From NCBI GenBank assembly GCA_951406725.2, contig OX597821.1, positions 100,998,001 through 101,062,000 on the forward strand: a DNA stretch of 64,000 nucleotides, given 5' to 3'. This document shows, piece by piece, positions 13,480 to 26,294 of the stretch. Under the pieces are notes generated by a model, which saw nothing but the letters and a program-made list of their open reading frames with translations, did not search any database and had not been told where the DNA came from. The stretch comes from Octopus vulgaris. Taxonomy: Eukaryota. Both the position numbers and the translations under genes were made by a program. Position 1 is the first letter of the stretch. Each line of letters opens with the position of its first letter.

Positions 13480-13715
13480 GAAATGACAACACTTGTATAG
13501 ATATGTAAAGCATATGAATAATGATAGAGGAATACAGAAATACTTAGAGATCCATGTGGAAGAGAGTGGTGAAAGAGGAAGACATGTAGTGAAACTAATC
13601 TCAGGATGCTGGACATCACAAAGGAAATGACAAAGGAATGCCACAAGTGGTAGAACAGTGTGTTGGAGAAGACTCATCTAACACATGCAAGCATGGGAAA
13701 ACAAACATATGATGA
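13480..13715 (+). mobile_element. RTE LINE 3' fragment
   Basis: Similar to 21460-21660 (atctcaggatg...gaaatgacaa..g...ggagaagac). Confidence 0.6.
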
Positions 13716-13938
13716 ATGTAAACAGAATATCTGAAATGAGCGCAACTAATTCCTAAATCCATAATCAAAGAATAAGATAAATTCTCATTAATCCTTTATC
13801 TGGTTTAGATACAGGAAAAACATGAGATCTAATGATACACCCTGACACCTTAGCACCACTATTTTTATCACTTTCAAGAAACACCCTATAACTACCACCC
13901 TCTCTTTAAATGTAAGTAGTCATGTAGATTCTCTATAG

Positions 13939-14111
13939 CAGTGCTCCACAACTGGTATTCCATGGCACACTGGTGTGCCACAAGACAATGCTAGGTGTGC
14001 CACAGTGCAACCTGAATATAATTTCTTCCTTATATTTTTAGTTCAGGTGTGCCACCAAATTTTGAAAAGAATATAAGTGAGCCGCAAGAGAAAAAAAGTT
14101 GCAGAGCACTA
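13939..14111. mobile_element. hAT (Charlie-like) MITE
   Basis: TIRs cagtgctccacaact / agttgcagagcacta; imperfect 8-bp TSD ctctatag / ctctacgg. Confidence 0.65.
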
Positions 14112-15479
14112 CTCTACGGTAAAAAAACCTGTTCTGCTCCTACTTTATTCTTTCATACTTTACCCATCTCTGCTCCTCATCTCCTAGCTTAAACTTCACC
14201 ACTTCAAGGTTTGTAGCCATGCAACCTCCCTAGTGCTGGTGCCACAATTAAAAAAAATGGATGTAAAAACAAACAAGATTAAGTTAAGTGCTCTGAAATA
14301 TCAGAATCCCTGTGTAACAGACATGATAGATAGCAATAGACATTTGAATGGAGAAGGTGTAACTGATCACTTTTGTGTTAATTTGAATTTCCTCTATTTC
14401 CATTGTGTTGCATTACACACATCAGCCCATCCTTGGACAGTTCCAATAGCCTACCAATTTGCTGCTCGACTTTCACTCAACCCTTCTCCATTTCTGTAGA
14501 AATGGGATGCTGTGAGTAGTCTCCCATGACCATTCTCATAGTACAACATAACCAACACCAAACGAGAGAGAAGAAACAACAGCAATTTTTGACTGATTCC
14601 AATCCCTCTGAAGGATGAAAGGCAAAGTTGACCACAGCGGGATTCAAGACCAATGACCACAAGACACTGTAATGTTTCTGCTGATTCACCATCTTGTGGA
14701 TTTGTGACTAAAGTCTAATTAATAAGCATTCCCCTACTGCTACCTTCCTACACTTAAAGAGAGATAACTTTTGCTTCTTGTTAACAACTAGCTAGAAAAC
14801 CTCATTTTCTGCAGAGCGTAGTCTAATTGCTGAGTGCATTATCCTAAATATATCATTGATTATGTATTTAAAATGAGAGACAAGATAATTATATTTGTAC
14901 GAACTACAACCACAATATGACTTACGTGAAAGTTACATGATGTATACGGTTTTATCTTTTATTTCAGTCAATGAACTATAGCCATGCTAGGGTACCGCTT
15001 TAAAAGGTTTTAGTCGAACAAATCGACACCAGTACTTATTTTTTAAAACGTGCTACTTATTCTAACGGTCCCATTTGCCGAAACGCTAGATTACAAGGAC
15101 GTAAACAAACCGACACTGGTTATAGAGCAATAGGTTAGTGACAAACAGACAGACGACGGCTTCCACACAGTTTCCGTCTGCCAAATTCACTCGCAAGGCA
15201 TTTGCCAGCCTGGAGTTATAATGAAAGGTGCCGCGCACAGTGGCACTGAAGCCGAAACCACGTGGTTGCGAACCAGGCTTCTTTTATTCGGTTTTGTTTA
15301 TTTGCTTAGTCACATTTCAAAGTCTATTATTATTATTTTTTCTAATGCTGCAGTTGGTGTTGTTACTGCGATAGTGGTGGACAAAAAGTTTTCTTTTCAA
15401 GTTAATATTGACGAAACAAAGATACAAAATACTAAATTTCTAAATCTCTCGTAGAGACATGTACGGTGGTGGGGCGATA

Positions 15480-15745
15480 GAATGGTTGTATACTGTCAAT
15501 CTAACACGAACGTGACAGTAGGGGGGGGTACACCACCGCTGTTTAGCCCTAGGAAGTATCGACGCCTCTTGATGGCTTTGACACATTTTTCCTGTGTCCT
15601 TATATACATTTACGAAGGGGAGACATAAGGACACAGGAAAAATGTGTCAAAGCCATCAGGAGGCGTCGACGCTTCCTAGGGCTAAACAGCGGTGGTGTAC
15701 CCCCTACTGTCACGTTCGTGTTAGATTGACAGTATACAACCATTC
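15480..15745. repeat. Fold-back element with ~122 bp near-perfect inverted arms
   Basis: Arm 15480-15603 is the reverse complement of 15625-15745 with 3 substitutions and a G-run length difference; 21-nt spacer. Confidence 0.92.
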
Positions 15746-16254
15746 AAAGATACAAAAAAAACTGTAAAGCTGCATTTATCGCCCCTCTACTGCCTACCGT
15801 TCCTAGTGCGCCCATCCCCACCAAAAAATGTTTTTCACCGCCCACTTTTTAAAGTACTGGAAGACACCTTAATAACTAGTTCACAAAATCTATAATTTTG
15901 TGTACTGTAAACAAAAGAGAAATCGATGAAAGGCTCATCCGCCAAACGTTAGAATTTATCATTACATTTTGACATATTTACACTGCAGAGCAAGCAATTC
16001 ATCTTAAACTTATATATAACAACAACCTACTTTTAAATTAGCATGTTTGCATTGGTATACAAAAAAAAATTGATTTTCAAATACATTGTATAGGACAAAA
16101 GGTAAACAAAAAATAATACAAAAACGTGTCAGTGTCAACGTGTTACTATATTCACCTATATGTTTGTTCTAAAACCACACAGATACGGTTTTAAAAATAT
16201 AACACTGATTAATGTAGCCCCTGGATACGGTATGACTGGGGGGGGGGGGCTGAT

Positions 16255-17352
16255 AGGAAAGCCACGGTTGGGACCCTTCTGATCATAATTTTACTGGATC
16301 GAGGTTGGCTTGGGATTAAGCAATTTTTTTTTTTTTTAATGGGACAAAAGACATTTTTTTTTATATTCTCGCATAGCCCCGGGGATGACAAGTAACAAGT
16401 TAGTCTCCCCTTTGTTTGGAAGTGTAACGATTTCGGTAGCTATTATGTAAGTTTTTGGCAAGTGTCAAGAGAAAAAGTTTACTGGAAAAAGTATTTGAAG
16501 ATAAATGTAGATCTATTAAAATCAACAGCTCTCAGAAAGTTATTAAAATATGATTATTTACATTCGTAAAAGCTTGAATATAATCCTGCCATACCATGGT
16601 TTGGGTATTATATTCTTTCCCGACACAATGTTACCTAAACATTGGTTTTTATTAACGTAATTTCAATTCAACAAAGTTTAAAAAAAAAAAAACCAACGCA
16701 AAGCCAATCTCCACGCGGTCACGCGATCTGCTTGAGATAGCAGCCAAATCTTCATCAAATCACATATTTTGAAAATATGACGGATCCAAGATTTCTTCCA
16801 TTGCCTGAATGCTTGCAGTATCTTTTACTAGAAGTCTATTCAATCAAGAAAGAACGGGCGTGGGCGGGTATATGCAACAATAACTCTCTGCATAGGTTAA
16901 ATATATCTGGGATCAGTGCCGTTTTAAAGTAGGTACTTATGGGTGTTGCATAACCGGGGACAGGAAGCCCATGAATCCCTTGGGTGGGTGCTAAATGGGA
17001 ACACCTAATTTAACATTTCTTCGAAACAGCAACCCTGTTCAGAAGCACATGCCCGGGGATGACAAGTAACAAGTTAGTCTCCCCTTTGGAAGTGTATGAC
17101 AGGAAAGCCACGGTTGGAACCCTTCTGATCATAAGTTTCCTGGATCGAGGTTGGCTGGGGATTAAGCAATTTTTTTTTTAATGGGACAAAAGACATTTTT
17201 TTTTATATTCTCGCATAGCCCGGGGATGACAAGTAACAAGTTAGTCTCCCCTTTGGCAGTGTAACGATTTCGGCAGCTATTATGTAAGTTTTTGGCAACA
17301 GTGTCAAGAGAAAAAGTTTACTGGAAAAAGTATCTGAAGATAAATGTAGATT
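16255..17352. repeat. ~255-bp direct repeat pair plus a partial third copy in SPTLC1 intron 1
   Basis: 16255-16512 matches 17100-17352; the 45-bp sub-block cccggggatgacaagtaacaagttagtctccccttt also occurs at 17052-17096. Confidence 0.9.
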
Positions 17353-17983
17353 TATATCTAAAATTATATTTATAAAAATGAAGGAACAGTGTGTAATTAT
17401 TAAAGCTAATAATTAGCGGATGTCCGGCTACCTATCTTGATGTGAAAAATGCAAGATCCAGAAATAGTAACTTTGAATGGGAGGTGGACTGGCGTATTAT
17501 CGTTTATCTAGGATATAAACAAAACAAGAGTGAAGAAAGTTTGTAAGTGAATTCGAGTTTTCCGATCGATTAGATTAGCAGGTCATATTGACATCGAAAT
17601 TGGGTTTGACTAGTAATAATAATAATAATAATAATAAAAAACTTGGTAATTCATACTAAATATTGTGTCATGCATTTTTATATATCTATATATGTACCCA
17701 TTACACGATATTTGTTAGGGCGGGAGTTATAACTTCCGAATATATGAATATCTTGGCTTCACCAAAATAGTACGTTTTTTTTTTTAAATAAATAGAAATT
17801 GATTAAAATATCAATTTTAGAACAAAACAAGTGCGTAACTTGAATAATATGTCATCATGTAGCGCATCGTGTAACATACAATTTAATAAATCCAATGAAC
17901 ATGGGTGACATTAACATTTTTTAATCATTTATATTTTCAAGTAACCCATATTCATATAAAATGAACGGTAAGATCAGGCATAC

Positions 17984-18040
17984 CTCAAATATAGCATGTA
18001 TCATCTCGGTGAATTCCCAAGTCGGTGAAACGATCGCCAT
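17984..18040 (-). CDS. SPTLC1: Serine palmitoyltransferase 1, coding exon 1
   Basis: Reads MAIVSPTWEFTEMIHAIFE from ATG at 18040, then donor gtatgc; 57 nt. Matches the human SPTLC1 N-terminus MATATEQWVLVEMVQALYE. Confidence 0.9.
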
Positions 18041-18117
18041 TTTGAGTGAGACTTAAACAGACGGAATGCTTGATAGGGGACATAACTCCATAATTTGGCA
18101 TCCAACATAATTGTGAT

Positions 18118-18356
18118 ACCTATTTCTTTTACTACCCAAAAGGGGCTAAACACAGAGGGGACAATTGAGTACAGACAAACGGATTAGGTCGATTACATCG
18201 ACCTCCAGTGCGTAACAGGTATTTAATTTATCGACCCCGAAAGGATGAAAAGCAAAGTCGACCTCGGCGGAATTTGAACTCAGAACGTAACGGCAGACGA
18301 AATACTGCTAAGCATTTCGCCCGGCGTGCTAACGTTTCTGCCAGCTCGCCGCCTTA
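18118..18356 (-). mobile_element. SINE (ggcggcgagctggcagaaacgttagc family) just upstream of the SPTLC1 ATG
   Basis: Highly similar to copies at 23355-23580, 25130-25352 and 38927-39078; flanked by aattgtgatac / aattgtaatac. Confidence 0.85.
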
Positions 18357-19604
18357 AAATTGTAATACTAAATGGTCTGAGACCACCCCTGTTTCTATGA
18401 TAATACTTGTTTTAATGTGAACTAAATTAAGCTCTGCCATCGAAATTTTCTGTAAATTACTTAATAATGACTAAATTCTTCAATATTTCAAAATTAATTC
18501 AAATGCTGCGCATTTTAACAGAAATAGCCGACTAATAAAATAGTTTTCCTGATGCCAGGAGTAAAATACAATGAAAAAAGAAAAGAGAGAGAAACGATAA
18601 AAGAACTCATACTTACAAAGATTGTATCGATCCACATATTAATAATCTCTCATGCAATTGTGATATTCTCAGTTGTTTCAATTAAGTGTACTAATCCAAA
18701 TCATTCCTCAAACAGGGATTATCCCGATAACTTTGGAGTGGAGGGACTGGAAACTATGAGATTTATGTCTTTTCCCAATACCATTATCAATGTTAGTGAT
18801 GTGAAATACTTGCTACAGATTCCTGATAGACTTGGCTGACCCATTAATTATGCCATTGAAAACTATTTGTCTACAAGTTCTACAGACACTTCATTCACAG
18901 CGAAGCAAGTTAAAGTTTTAATTCCTGCTAACCAGGAGCACTTTTTACTCACACCTCTGTTCAAATTATACTTGTAGTTATTTAATCTGACAGCATTCAC
19001 TTATTTCTGCCCTTTGAACTCTTTGAACTGATATCGAATTCTACTTGTATCTTTCACAATCTTGATAACCTTAACTTATTAGTTCACTTTAATTAATAGT
19101 TTGTTAGACAAAAAGTGTTGTTGACTTTTAACTCCTAGAATAAACAGATTCACACTCAAATCAAGCCTGAAAATTTGTATAAAAACTTGCACAACCAGAA
19201 ATCATATAGCTACACAACATGTTAGCTGATAGCTAGGATATCATTTCACTTCCTACTTCTCCCACCATTTTTATTTGAGTAATACTTGAGTCTTGCACAA
19301 TATGGACTGTGGTGCAGCTTTGTCCAATCATTTCAGAAGTTTGCTTCACAATTACAAAGTCCCAGATAAAATCCCACTGCATGGCAGCTTGGGTAAATGT
19401 CTTTCAATCAATGCCTTAAAGTTTAATCTTTATGAAAATCTGCTGAATGGAATGTCACTGCAATTAAAAAATACAGCCTTGCCACACTGGAATGAGACAA
19501 GTGGGCACAGCTGTTTGAAAGGAAAACAATTTGGCACGGTTGACTGGACATTCAACTTGTTTTGGCAGGAGTAAGTTCTGGACACACACTCATTCACACA
19601 CAGA

Positions 19605-19812
19605 AACATAAATATAGATTCAGATAGAGAGCAGGGAAGAGAGAGATAGGAGAGATAGAGAGAGGGAGAGAGAGAGAGAGAGATCGGATAGAGAAAGAGA
19701 GACACAGAGAGAGATATTGCACATACATAAACATAAATATAGATTCAGATAGAGAGCAGGGAAGAGAGAGAAAGAGAGAGAGAGACATTGCACATACATA
19801 AACATAAATAGA
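19605..19812. repeat. Local tandem duplication containing (GA)n
   Basis: acataaatatagattcagatagagagcagggaagagaga...ttgcacatacataaacataaata occurs twice. Confidence 0.85.
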
Positions 19813-20419
19813 TACTCAAAAAGAGAAGAAATGAAAAAAAAATTTAATATTTAATGTCAAATAAGTCAGCATCAAATCAGCTATGTTAAATTTGTGATGC
19901 AAAAATGGCTGTGCCAAAACGTCTCATATATTTGTCACACACTGATTCTGGTTGAGGATTACATTAATGGAATAAATGCCAGTGGAATACTCAGCCACTC
20001 ACACACAAGTTCAATGAGCAGGTAATTCAGTTGATCAAACAACTGAGCCCTTATCGAAACCAACAGAGATCTATTGATGTTTATTTTTTTCCAATATTGT
20101 CCAAACCCTAAAGCAGGAAGTGTGACACAAGGTCAGAAATTTTGGTGGAGAGGGATTAGTCAATTACATCAACACTAGTACTTTATGTCAAGAGATGACA
20201 ATGACGATGATGTGAAAAGTTTCAAAATAGGTCTTGTCAATTCTGGTAAACTACTTAATTCTGGTAAATGCTGAAGGAATAAAAAAAGTAGAAAATTCAG
20301 TGCCGCAAAAGGAAATTTTATATGCTCTAAGGCTTTGAGTTTGCTTTAAGTCAGAAAGCAACTGAATGTTTCAGAGAAGTTACCATTTTTATGGATAATG
20401 AACACAAACGTATGCTCCT

Positions 20420-21670
20420 CTTGGCCAAAAGTAAGCCATTGTGCTTAGCCTTCGTTGACCTGCAGAAAGCTTTTGACAGAGTTCCCTGCTGTTATATGGT
20501 GGTCTCTGAGGAAGTTAGGAGTAGAGGAGTAGCTTGTTAGAGCTGTACAAACCATGTACAGTAGTACTGTCAGTAAGGTGAGAGTTGGCCATGAATACAG
20601 TGATGAATTTAGCATACAGGTAAGGGTTCACCAGGGCTCAGTTCTCAACCAACTCTTATTCATTATAGTCCTTCAGGCCAATACAGAGGGATTCAAAACT
20701 GAGTGCCAGTGGGAACTGCTATATGTTGATTACCTTGCTCTTATTGAAGAATCTTTAGCAGAATTGGAGAAGAAATTCCAGATATGGAAATAAAACCTGG
20801 AATCAAATGGCCTTAAAGTTAAACTAGCAAAGACCAAAGTTGTTGTTAGTAAGAAACAAAATAAAATTCTCTTTCCGTAAGGTAAATGGCCCTGCTCAAT
20901 ATGCAAGAAAGGAGTTGGAAGAAATTCCATTTGCTGCACCCAGTGTAAACTATGGACACATAAGAGGTGCAGTGGAATTACAGGTAGATTAAGAGATAAA
21001 GTCATCTTTGTATGTAACAGATGAGCAGGAACAATAAGCACAAACAGCACACGTGACTTGGATTCTCTCAAATGTCCAGGAGGCTCTTTTGAGGTTGTAG
21101 ATAGTTTCTGTTACCTAGGTGACCAAATTAGCAATGGTGAAGGATGTTCTAACAGTAATGTTTCTAAAATAAGAATTGAGTGGAGGAAGTTCAGGGAGCT
21201 ATTACCTCCGTTGGCAATAAAAGGACTCTCTCTCAAGATGAAAGGTAGACTATATGATGCTTGTGTGCATATGGCTATACTCCATGGTAATGAGACATGG
21301 GCTCTGAATGCAGAAGACATGCATAAATTGGAAAGAAATGAAAGTAGTATACTCCGATGTTCAACATCAGTACTTAAGTACAACAAAGTGCAAATATATT
21401 GAGAGAAAAGTTGGACTTTTTGAGGAATCAAATGTAGCATGCAAGAGAGAAGACTGTGATAGTTTGGATATGTGATGCATATGAATAAAGACAGCTGCAT
21501 AGAGAAGTGCTGATCACTGAAAGTAGATGGTACCCACAGAAGAGGGAGACCCAGGAAAACATGGGATGAAGTCATAAGGACTGATCTCAGGATGTTAGGA
21601 CTGACAGAGGAAATGACAATGGACCAAGGTGCCTGGTGATATGAAGTTCTGGAGAAGACATGCCCACATC
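20420..21670 (+). mobile_element. Degenerate RTE-clade LINE (RT C-terminal half plus PHD-like Cys insert)
   Basis: LAFVDLQKAFDRVP, VHQGSVLNQLLFIIVL, ELLYVDYL, SICKKGVGRNSICCTQCKLWTHKRCSGI, VDSFCYLGD, LHGNETWAL; several stops and frameshifts. Confidence 0.9.
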
Positions 21671-22929
21671 AGCAGAACTGAGTTCTCGAAGTGCTGTGTG
21701 TCCCACCCACACTTAACAAGAAAATTTCTCACACACTCTACCACAACAAACCAAACTAGATCTCTTCTCTTCCTCACATTTCCCCCTCATACACTAGACT
21801 CACCTCGCACTCCCCAATCCTGTCTTCTTGGCCCTGTGCCACTGTATCATTGCTATCTGCTAGCTTCTGACCTGCGTGTTCCACCCATGCCCTGTCTCAC
21901 TGGGCAAACAAACAAACAAACATGAGTGAAAACAATAATAAAAGCCAGTTTCAACACATCACTGCACTCAAAAACCGACAACGATATTAGATTTGTCGTC
22001 AAGGCTCACTAATATGTGTTATAAAAGCAGAAAAGTTTGATGACTGCTAACATATAAACTGAAGAGGAGCTATCATAAAATGGGATTGTTTTGGACATAA
22101 AGATCAATTAAACAAGACAAACAGTCTCTAAGTAAAAGACAAGAAGTATCAAACCAACCAAGAAGCTTTGATAAGATTGCTTGCTTTGCTACAAATTGCA
22201 CCCAAATTTCCCTGATAACATATCTCATCTTCAAAAATAAACACAAAATTGTTTGTCAATATAGCTCTGGACACATTATATCTAACAAACAAAAGAAAAA
22301 GAAAGGAGGTGTGGCTGTGTCTTAAGAAGCTTGCCTTCCAATCACATAGTTCCAGGTTCAGTTTCACTGTGACACCTTGGGCAAGTGTTTTCTACAATAG
22401 CCTCATGCCAAGCAAAGCCTTGTGAATAGATTTGATAGGTAGGAACTAAGAGCAATTTGTTGTATATGTGTGTGTATTTATCCATCACTACTGCTTCACA
22501 ACCAGTGTTGGTGTGTTTACACTCCTGTAAATTAGTGATTCAGTAAAAGAGACCAATAGAATAAATACCAGGCTTTATAAAAAAAACAAACACTGGGGTA
22601 GATTCATTCGGCTCAAATAAAAATTCTCCCAGGTGGTGCCTCCACATGGTCATGGCCTAATGAATGAATAAATGGTCAAGTTTAGAAAGCCTTTGATGAC
22701 ATTTCTGCATGACCTAGGCCAACATAATACTAGATACCAGAGCAAAAGAAACATGAATTTTCAACAGACCAGTACAATTAACCTAATTAGAACCACAGAC
22801 AGCACTAGATTAATCATTAAGCAAAATAAGCACATGCTTAGAGCATCAAGGGAAGGAGGTGGCACCACAGAAATGGTAAATGGTTTACGCCACATAAGAA
22901 ATCACTTTAAACTTGCTAAAATAATATTC

Positions 22930-23225
22930 ATGATGCCTTTATCTCTACTAAGTATAGATGCAAATGTGTTACCTAAGATTAATTTTGAGGATCTGGTCAA
23001 AGACTTTGCAATTCAAAAAAGTAGGAGGAAACTTTTCAAATATAAATAAAGTGAAAGTAGACAAAAATAAACATAATTTTCCCTCTTACTGTTTTGTTTC
23101 ATTTTGAAAAATAAAAATTTATTTTATGGTTTGTTATTGTTTATATTTTGAATTACATAATCTTTTATGGGGGCACCAAAATCTTATAAGTGCTAAGGGC
23201 CTCAATGGGTCTTAATCCGGCCCTG
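22930..23225 (+). mobile_element. hAT transposon 3' end remnant
   Basis: LSLLSIDANVLPKINFEDLVKDFAIQKSRRK resembles the hAT dimerisation-domain C-terminus; ends in TIR-like ttaatccggccctg. Confidence 0.75.
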
Positions 23226-25113
23226 ACCACGGAGCATGCTTCTTAAGTATTGCTGAGAAGTTGACACAAAAACTTTTTCAGTAATTATTATTACTAGACT
23301 ACACTACATTCTGTAAAGTACCTTACAAAGAACATGTGTCCTAAGCTGCACAATACCTATTTCTTTACTACCCACAAGGGGCTAAACACAGAGGGGACAA
23401 ACAAGGACAGACACACGGATTAAGTCGATTATATCGACCCCAGTGCGTAACTGGTACTTACTTAATCGACCCCGAAAGGATGAAAGGCAAAGTCGACCTC
23501 GGCAGAATTTGAACTCAGAACGTAGAGACAGACAAAATACCGCTAAGCATTTCGTCCAGCGTGCTAACGTTTCTGCCAATACCTTTCACTTGAAATAGTC
23601 ACAGATTGAGTAGATACTCATTCTCAGATCATGGGGCAGGTGTGCTAAATAGTGATGTATATAAAAGCAATGTTATTACTAGTTCGAATATGCCACCTGG
23701 TGGCGCTGTGAGCTGATTTAGGTGTATTTACATCATTTGTCTTCAGAGAGAAATTTTCTCCATGAGAAAACACAGTAAATGGTTTGTTTTCAAGTCTGAA
23801 CATGCCACTGGCATATTCAAACTGGTAATGACATTGCATTCGTTTTCAGATACCATATGGCTTTAAAAAATAGAAACTGATTTGATAGTCTCTTTACAAT
23901 TATCCAATTGCACACACATAAACATAACACACACACACACACGTATATACATCAACCAGCTCAGTTAATCACAAATCCCAAGAGCTGTGTTGGCTTAAAC
24001 AAAAGACCTTTGCCACTTTGTTTAGTGACTGGCTTGAATTCTGCAAAGGAGAATAAAAGCTGTCTACAAGAAAACAAACAAGCAAAACAAGCATGCATGC
24101 AGTAAACCCTCAGTTTAAAGGATTTGCAATTTATTCATTCATTCATTCATTTAGAGAGACAGAGACAGAGAGAAAAAGATACAGTAAAAAACATAGAGAG
24201 TGGGAGGAGAGAGAGAGAAACATATAGAAAAGAGATGGAGAGAGAGAGAAAGAAAGAAAGAGAGAGACAGATTCAAGCAGAACTCATTCCTGGAGTAAAT
24301 TATCCTATAAGTGTGTCCTATGCTCTTTTTTTTTTCTTTTTTTTTTTTGTTAGGATGGTAGGTCAGGATTCAAAGAAGGTTTTGGTTGCTATTTCTAGAA
24401 TGTGAATTAACAGTATTTAGGACTTACTGCTGCACTTTCTCCTTTAACAGAGATGTTAAATAGAAAGATGAAGAATTGTGTGTGTGTGTGTGTGTGCACA
24501 TGGAAAGGGCGTGTGTATGTGTGTGTATGTATATCTCCGTTTGTATGTGTGTGTACGCTTATATATTAATTACTATGTGCTTGTGCAAATGTATATGCAT
24601 GTGTTTGAGAGAGAGAGAGAGAGTGACAGAGTGTGTGTGTGTGTGTGCAAGTGTACGTGTGTATGTATCTGAATATATGTGTGTGTGTGTGTGTGTGTGT
24701 GTCTCATTTGTTTATCAATATCGATAACGCAGAAAATGATTTGAGCTCAAATGCTGGCATTTCATTGGTTAAAATTCGAAGAATTAAACTATGTTAAACT
24801 TACAAATCACAATTTTCTCAAAAAAGCCAAGTGAAAATAATGTTTTCTTTTGACACATTCTACCAGTATACGAAGTTTCAAATTGTTTAGTTAACTAGAA
24901 ATTCCGTCCATCAAAAGGAAAAGATCCAAGGGTTGTATTGCATTGGCTTTTTTTTTTTTTTTTTCATAGAATAAACTCATTTCTAGTTTCAGTTTGCCCC
25001 AAACTACCAAAGTCAGTTTGCATTCAGAATATTTCTCCAATTCCCAAATTATCAATTTATTTTCCTAAAATTTTGCACTTCTTCCAGAAAGCATGTGAAT
25101 TTAAATGCTGCAC

Positions 25114-25368
25114 AGAAATTAGAAGTAATAAGGCGGCGAGCTGGCAGAAACATTAGCACACTGGGCGAAACGCTTAGCAGTATTACGTCTGCCGTTACAT
25201 TCTGAGTTCAAATTCCGCCAAGGTCAACTTTGCCTTTCATCCTTTTGGGGTCGATAAATTAAGTACCAGTTACGCACTAGGGTCGATGTAATCGACTTAA
25301 TCCCTTTGTTTGTCCCCTCTATGTTTAGCCCCTTGTGGGCAGTAAAGAAATAAGAAATTAGAAGTAAT
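25114..25368 (+). mobile_element. SINE with 16-bp target-site duplication
   Basis: agaaattagaagtaat is present on both sides of the element. Confidence 0.85.
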
Positions 25369-25720
25369 TGACAAATTAGGACAAGGAGTCCCAGTTGCAT
25401 GAATTTGTAAAAGTTATGGTGTGGAAAACAATATACATTAAATCAAAGGCTAAATTTCAAGTTTTCTTTAAAATACAATGTTGTTATCATTAAATGCAGA
25501 TTTCAAAGGGTTAAGACGGAAGGGATGTATGAATACATGGCAGAAAAGCATGTAAACAGGAAGTTTTATACTTCCTGTTTTTAGTATATTTATAGAATGT
25601 GATTGGACACTAGAATTGTCGTCACACTACAACACTTCACACTAATAAGTGAACTTTGTGTGGTCACTCAATCTGCTAGAAATAACAAGGAAATACCCCT
25701 TAAATCACATCCCCATTGCC

Positions 25721-25949
25721 TTAACCCTTTAGCATTCTGATTACTTTGTTAAATGTAAAGCTTATTCATTCACATTGTTTTGCATTAATCATGCATTTAT
25801 CTTGTAGCTTCGAGATTTAAATTAAATGAATGTCTATTTTTAGAATAGCATTGTAGGGCAGGTGTGAGAGATCAGATCTGGCTGGTTTGAGCATAAAACA
25901 GGAAGAATATTTGGGCCTGATATGGTCTATGTAAATGCTAAAGGCTTAA
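25721..25949. mobile_element. piggyBac-like MITE family A
   Basis: TTAA-CCCTTTAGCATT...AATGCTAAAGGC-TTAA; second copy at 50484-50707. Confidence 0.75.
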
Positions 25950-26064
25950 AGAGAAGCAAACATATTAGACTGGTAATTTTAGAAACATCTAATGTAATCA
26001 AAGCAAGATGGTCACAGCTGGAATGTCTTTGATCATAAGTCTGCCCTATCAGGACTGACCTGAG

Positions 26065-26294
26065 TTAACCCATTTGTTACCAACCCGGCTGAAACCGGCT
26101 CTGACTCCATAGTACAAATGCCTTGTTTTCATAAGTTTTGAATTAAAATCTTCCACCAAACCTTAGTCACAATTAATGTTCCTAACACTAGCTGAATGAT
26201 AACTAAGTTATTTTACTAAATTATTTGTTATATTTAAAGTAAACTGAAAGAAATACAGAGCATCTCAAAATAAACACAGTAACGAAAGGGTTAA
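26065..26294. mobile_element. piggyBac-like MITE family B
   Basis: TTAA-CCCATTTGTTAC...GTAACGAAAGGG-TTAA; highly similar copy at 50266-50487. Confidence 0.8.

Noticed and set aside
18552-18839. 95-aa ORF divergent from SPTLC1
   Set aside because: No recognisable homology or splice structure; length compatible with chance.
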